A stretch of DNA of 27,039 nucleotides from an uncultured Deferribacteres bacterium (GTDB lineage Bacteria; Zhuqueibacterota; Zhuqueibacteria; Zhuqueibacterales; Geothermadaptataceae): NCBI GenBank assembly GCA_964014485.1, contig CAXHAT010000105.1:1-27039 (forward strand). Direction: 5' to 3'. Position 1 is the first letter of the stretch. Each line of letters opens with the position of its first letter. Below the pieces are notes generated by a model, which saw nothing but the letters and a program-made list of their open reading frames with translations, made no database searches and was not told the DNA's origin. The position numbers and the translations under genes were made by a program. Positions 23,587-27,039 of the stretch are shown in pieces.

Positions 23587-25125
23587 CTATTGCGCCCAGA
23601 CAGGCGGGCCGGAGCCGACGCCGAAAAGCGGAACGACGACGAAGTAGGTGATCAGCGTCACCAAAAGTATGCCGATGAGGTTGAGAATGATCCCCGTGCG
23701 CGCCATTTGCGGTATGGTGACGTAGCCGGAAGCGAAAATGATGGCGTTGGGCGGCGTCGCGACGGGGAGCATGAAAGCGCATGAAGCGGAGATCGTTGCC
23801 GGGATCATCAGCAAAAATGGATGCACGTCAATAGCGATGGCTGTACTGGCGAGAATGGGCATGAACAGCGTCGTCGTGGCCAGGTTTGAGGTAAGCTCGG
23901 TCATGAAAGTCAGGGTCAGGCAGATCATAAGAATCATGACGATGAGCGGCACGGCTCCAAAAAGAGAAAGCTGCCCGCCAATCCAGACAGCGAGACCGCT
24001 GGATTTGAATCCTTCCGCGAGCGCAATACCGCCGCCGAAAAGCAGCAGGATGCCCCAGGGGATTTTAACCGCTGTTTCCCAATCGAGCAGAAATTTTCCT
24101 TCACGAAAGCTGGAGGGCGTCATGAAAAGCACGAGGGCTGCCAGCATCGCCACCGTGGCGTCGTGGATAAACCCTGAAACGCCGATGAGCGACACCCAGC
24201 CTTGAATGGTCGTTTCGCCGAGCGTGAGGTCTTTGCGCGTAATCCAGGCCAGCGCGGTCACTGCAAATACCACGGCCACGATTTTTTCTTCCCGCTGCAT
24301 CCGCCCCAGTTTGGCGATTTCTTCACGAATGAGCGCGCGTCCGCCGGGCGTTTTTTTCGCGCTGATTTTGAAGGCGACTCTGGTGAGCACGAACCAGCAA
24401 ATCGGCAAGAACAAAAACAGCAAAATCAATCCGACCATAAACCAATCGAGAAAGCTTATTTCCGGCGCTTCGGGGTAAAGCTGCGAGACCGCACTGACAA
24501 AAACCAGGTTGGGCGGCGTCCCGACCAGCGTTGTAATGCCGCCAATACTCGCGGCGTAGGCAATGCCAAGCATCAGCGCGGTGCGGAAATCTGTTTTTTT
24601 GCGCTCAGCATGCTCTCCGCCTTGAGAAGTTTCCTCCATCAAATGCAGAATAATCGCGAGGCCAATCGGGTACATCATCACGGTGGTGGCGGTGTTGGAA
24701 ATCCACATCGAAAGGAATGCCGTCGCGACCATGAAACCGAGAATAATGCGTCTGGGGCTTGAGCCAATGAGCCAAATCAGGCGCAGCGCAATGCGGCGAT
24801 GCAGCCCCCATTTTTGCATCGTGAGCGCAATGAAAAATCCGCCCATAAAAAGAAAAATATTGCTGTTCGCGTAGCTGGCCGCCACGTCCGCGAATTTGTT
24901 GACGCCAAAAAACGGGAAGAGCACGAGCGGCAAAAGCGCGGTAACGGGAATTGGAATGCATTCGGTCATCCAAAGCACGGCCATGAGCGCGGCGGCGGCA
25001 AAAACGCGCCACCCGCCAACGGCGAGACCTTCGGGAGCGGGGAGCGCGAGAAGCAATACGAATAATGGCAGGGCGATCAAGTAGCCGATTTTTTGGCGAG
25101 TCGAAAATTGAGGCGTACTTTCCAT
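23587..25125 (-). CDS. SLC13/DASS family sodium:dicarboxylate or sulfate symporter
   Basis: LSMWISNTAT, GTPPN, TELTSN.AT and AFMLPVATPPNAI motifs; many TM helices. Confidence 0.95.
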   Translation of the reverse strand: MESTPQFSTRQKIGYLIALPLFVLLLALPAPEGLAVGGWRVFAAAALMAVLWMTECIPIPVTALLPLVLFPFFGVNKFADVAASYANSNIFLFMGGFFIALTMQKWGLHRRIALRLIWLIGSSPRRIILGFMVATAFLSMWISNTATTVMMYPIGLAIILHLMEETSQGGEHAERKKTDFRTALMLGIAYAASIGGITTLVGTPPNLVFVSAVSQLYPEAPEISFLDWFMVGLILLFLFLPICWFVLTRVAFKISAKKTPGGRALIREEIAKLGRMQREEKIVAVVFAVTALAWITRKDLTLGETTIQGWVSLIGVSGFIHDATVAMLAALVLFMTPSSFREGKFLLDWETAVKIPWGILLLFGGGIALAEGFKSSGLAVWIGGQLSLFGAVPLIVMILMICLTLTFMTELTSNLATTTLFMPILASTAIAIDVHPFLLMIPATISASCAFMLPVATPPNAIIFASGYVTIPQMARTGIILNLIGILLVTLITYFVVVPLFGVGSGPPVWAQ

Positions 25126-25150
25126 GTAGAGCTAATTGAAATTTTGAAAA

Positions 25151-25630
25151 TTAAAAGCGAAGAAGCAGCGTCCATGACGTGCCGGATTCGCCGACTTTGA
25201 CAAAACCTTCCGACTCATACAATCGCCGGGCTTTGTTGGCCGGGTCAACGCTGAGGCTTAGCGCCGGGAAACCGTCTTCTTTTGCTTTGGCAATGATCTT
25301 TTGCAACAGCTTGCGCCCGCAGCCCTTTGAACGCCAAGCCTGGCTCACGGCGATGGCGATTTCCGGCGTTTTGTCGTCGACGAAACCGTAGGAGTGGTTT
25401 TCTGCCGTCCACAGGCGAAACCACGCTGCGCCGATTTTTGTCTTTTCAGCCTCGGCGATGAAGGCCGTGTCTCCAGTGCGCCCCCAATTGTTCAGCAATT
25501 TGCGAAATTCCGTGTTTGACTGAAAATCTTCAAGTTTCGGGCGAGATTCTTTTGGATCCCAGAAAAACGCTTCGAAAAGCATTTTTTTCAGGAAAGGGAG
25601 ATCGTGAACGTCTCCGGGCCGAAAAATCAT
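25151..25630 (-). CDS. GNAT family N-acetyltransferase
   Basis: IAV...WRSKGCGRKLL (motif A) and LSV...N.ARRLYE..GF. Confidence 0.92.
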   Translation of the reverse strand: MIFRPGDVHDLPFLKKMLFEAFFWDPKESRPKLEDFQSNTEFRKLLNNWGRTGDTAFIAEAEKTKIGAAWFRLWTAENHSYGFVDDKTPEIAIAVSQAWRSKGCGRKLLQKIIAKAKEDGFPALSLSVDPANKARRLYESEGFVKVGESGTSWTLLLRF

Positions 25631-25716
25631 GCTGCAAAAATCCGTTTTGTTTGCGGGCTAGGGTGAATCGCTGCACTCTGAAAAGAATGACTCACTGACT
25701 TTTGAAACGCAGCGTG

Positions 25717-26967
25717 TCAGTCGCTCTTGTAGAACGAAACGATGCTGTCCGCAATGTGCTCCACTTCGCCGTCGCTCAACCACGGGTAGCTCGGCAGACG
25801 AAGAACGTGCGTCGACGCATACGCGGAATGCGGGCAGTCGGCTTTGAATTCGGAGAATTGCTCGAGCTGCGAGCAATTGTAGTATTCCTGCGGGTTCGCT
25901 TCGACGCCATGCTCCGCCAAATGTTGAGCAAGCTCTTTGGTGCGCGAGGCATAGACGCCAAAATACGAAGCGTTCGTCTGGCCGTGCTTGTCTTCATTGA
26001 GCACCTTGATTTCCGGGACTTCTGCGACGCGCTCTTTGATGCGGGCGATGATTTCTCTGCGACGCGCAATGTTTGTAAGCGCGCGCTTGAGCTGCAATTG
26101 GTGCATTCGCAGCATAAACGGCTTGAACGGCGCACGGCTGTGTTGCTCGAAGCGATAATTCGGATCGTCTTTCGAAGGATCGAGCACGGCTTTGAGCTGC
26201 GGCCTGCCGTTGTCGGCCATTTTCATGGCGAAATTCAGACCGGGGTAATAAGTGTAGCCGTAAAATTTTGGCGTGGTCATAAACGAAGTCAGCACGCGGC
26301 TGAACGTGTCGAAGAAAGGGCCGCTGCCGCCCACGTTGTGCTCCGGCAAGGGCTTGCCTTCAACCCATTCTTTTTTAATCGCCAGAAGCCCGCCGCCAAA
26401 TGAATTGATCAGTTTTTGAATGCCGAAGCTGAAGAGTGCGCCGTCCCCGGCTTGCCCGACCTGCTCGCCGTTGTGCGTTGTCCCAACGGCATGGGCGCAA
26501 TCTTCGAAAAGCAGGAGATCGTTTTTTTGACATATCTCCGAAATACGCGTCAAATCACCCGGATTGCCAAACATGTGCGTGACCATGACGCAGCGGCTTT
26601 TAGGAGTAATTTTCTTCTCTAAATCATCCGGATCCATGCACAAGGTTTCGGGATCAATGTCAACGAAAACGGGCTTGCAGCCGCGTTGCACAACGAGGCG
26701 AACGATGATGTAAAAATTATAACCGGCAAAGAGCACCTCGTCGCCTTCTTTCAGATCGACGAATTGCATGAAATACCAAAGCGCGTGGCGCCCGGTCGGC
26801 GCCGGAATCAGCTTTCGTTTGGGCAGCGTTTCATGCCAGACAGTCTCGGCGGAGAGTTTTTGAAAACCGCTCTTTAAACTCGCGCCAAAGTAAGGCATGT
26901 AATCTTTAAAATTCAGGCACGACGAATGTTTTGGAATCGTTTTAACGCGTCTTTTTGATGTTGCCAT
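25717..26967 (-). CDS. DegT/DnrJ/EryC1/StrS family PLP-dependent aminotransferase (start 26967 or 26898)
   Basis: TGRHAL, GDEV, PVFVDIDP.T, EDCAHA, FSFGIQK (Schiff-base Lys) ..GGG, LRLP. Confidence 0.92.
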   Translation of the reverse strand: MATSKRRVKTIPKHSSCLNFKDYMPYFGASLKSGFQKLSAETVWHETLPKRKLIPAPTGRHALWYFMQFVDLKEGDEVLFAGYNFYIIVRLVVQRGCKPVFVDIDPETLCMDPDDLEKKITPKSRCVMVTHMFGNPGDLTRISEICQKNDLLLFEDCAHAVGTTHNGEQVGQAGDGALFSFGIQKLINSFGGGLLAIKKEWVEGKPLPEHNVGGSGPFFDTFSRVLTSFMTTPKFYGYTYYPGLNFAMKMADNGRPQLKAVLDPSKDDPNYRFEQHSRAPFKPFMLRMHQLQLKRALTNIARRREIIARIKERVAEVPEIKVLNEDKHGQTNASYFGVYASRTKELAQHLAEHGVEANPQEYYNCSQLEQFSEFKADCPHSAYASTHVLRLPSYPWLSDGEVEHIADSIVSFYKSD

Positions 26968-27039
26968 TTTAAAATGTCGTTACAGATGTTACGCACGCAT
27001 CGTCTGGCACGTGCGATCAAAGCCTGCGGGCAACTTTTG

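Noticed and set aside
25660..25716. Weak hairpin CGCTGC..GCAGCG after the DegT gene
   Set aside because: The stem is short and interrupted, with no clear U-tract.
1..27039. tRNA, rRNA, integrase or prophage genes
   Set aside because: None recognised by eye; a tRNAscan/Rfam run would be needed to exclude small RNAs.

Overview
Bacterial genomic window of about 50% GC, probably the end of a metagenomic contig: positions 1-44 are an untrimmed Illumina Nextera adapter. The gene content (three PorV/PorQ-like beta-barrels, proteins with FlgD-Ig/T9SS-like C-terminal sorting domains, a CarboxypepD-type TonB-dependent receptor without SusD) suggests an FCB-group relative such as KSB1, Calditrichota or Ignavibacteriota; this placement is an inference. 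The left part holds the 3' end of an Omp85/BamA-family gene, a DUF4390-like gene, a solo DUF2442 gene among nested palindromic repeats, an NtrY-like sensor kinase with no adjacent response regulator, a DUF4160/DUF2442 pair, and a CMD/AhpD gene divergent from an AhbD/NirJ-like radical SAM-SPASM enzyme with a PCP_red-like tail. Positions 5583-22734 are a 17 kb minus-strand run. In transcription order it reads: TonB receptor, PorV-like barrel, NHL lipoprotein, DUF1801, PHP/CehA-McbA hydrolase with CTD, lipoprotein, divergent polysaccharide deacetylase, PdxJ homologue, small Rpn-tail-like protein, asparaginase II, choice-of-anchor-X-like lipoprotein, Asp-box propeller with CTD, and two more PorV-like barrels. 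The right part holds a small four-Cys protein, a nested MITE-like region, a DASS transporter, a GNAT and a DegT aminotransferase. Four observations stand out: (i) a full-length PdxJ homologue in which most catalytic residues are replaced (candidate pseudoenzyme); (ii) a T9SS-attachment-like surface module with no core T9SS genes in the window; (iii) palindromic repeats inserted in frame into the signal-peptide region of a PorV-like gene; (iv) many different REP/MITE-like palindrome families, several nested, with no transposase in the window. All family calls come from motif recognition by eye, not from database searches.
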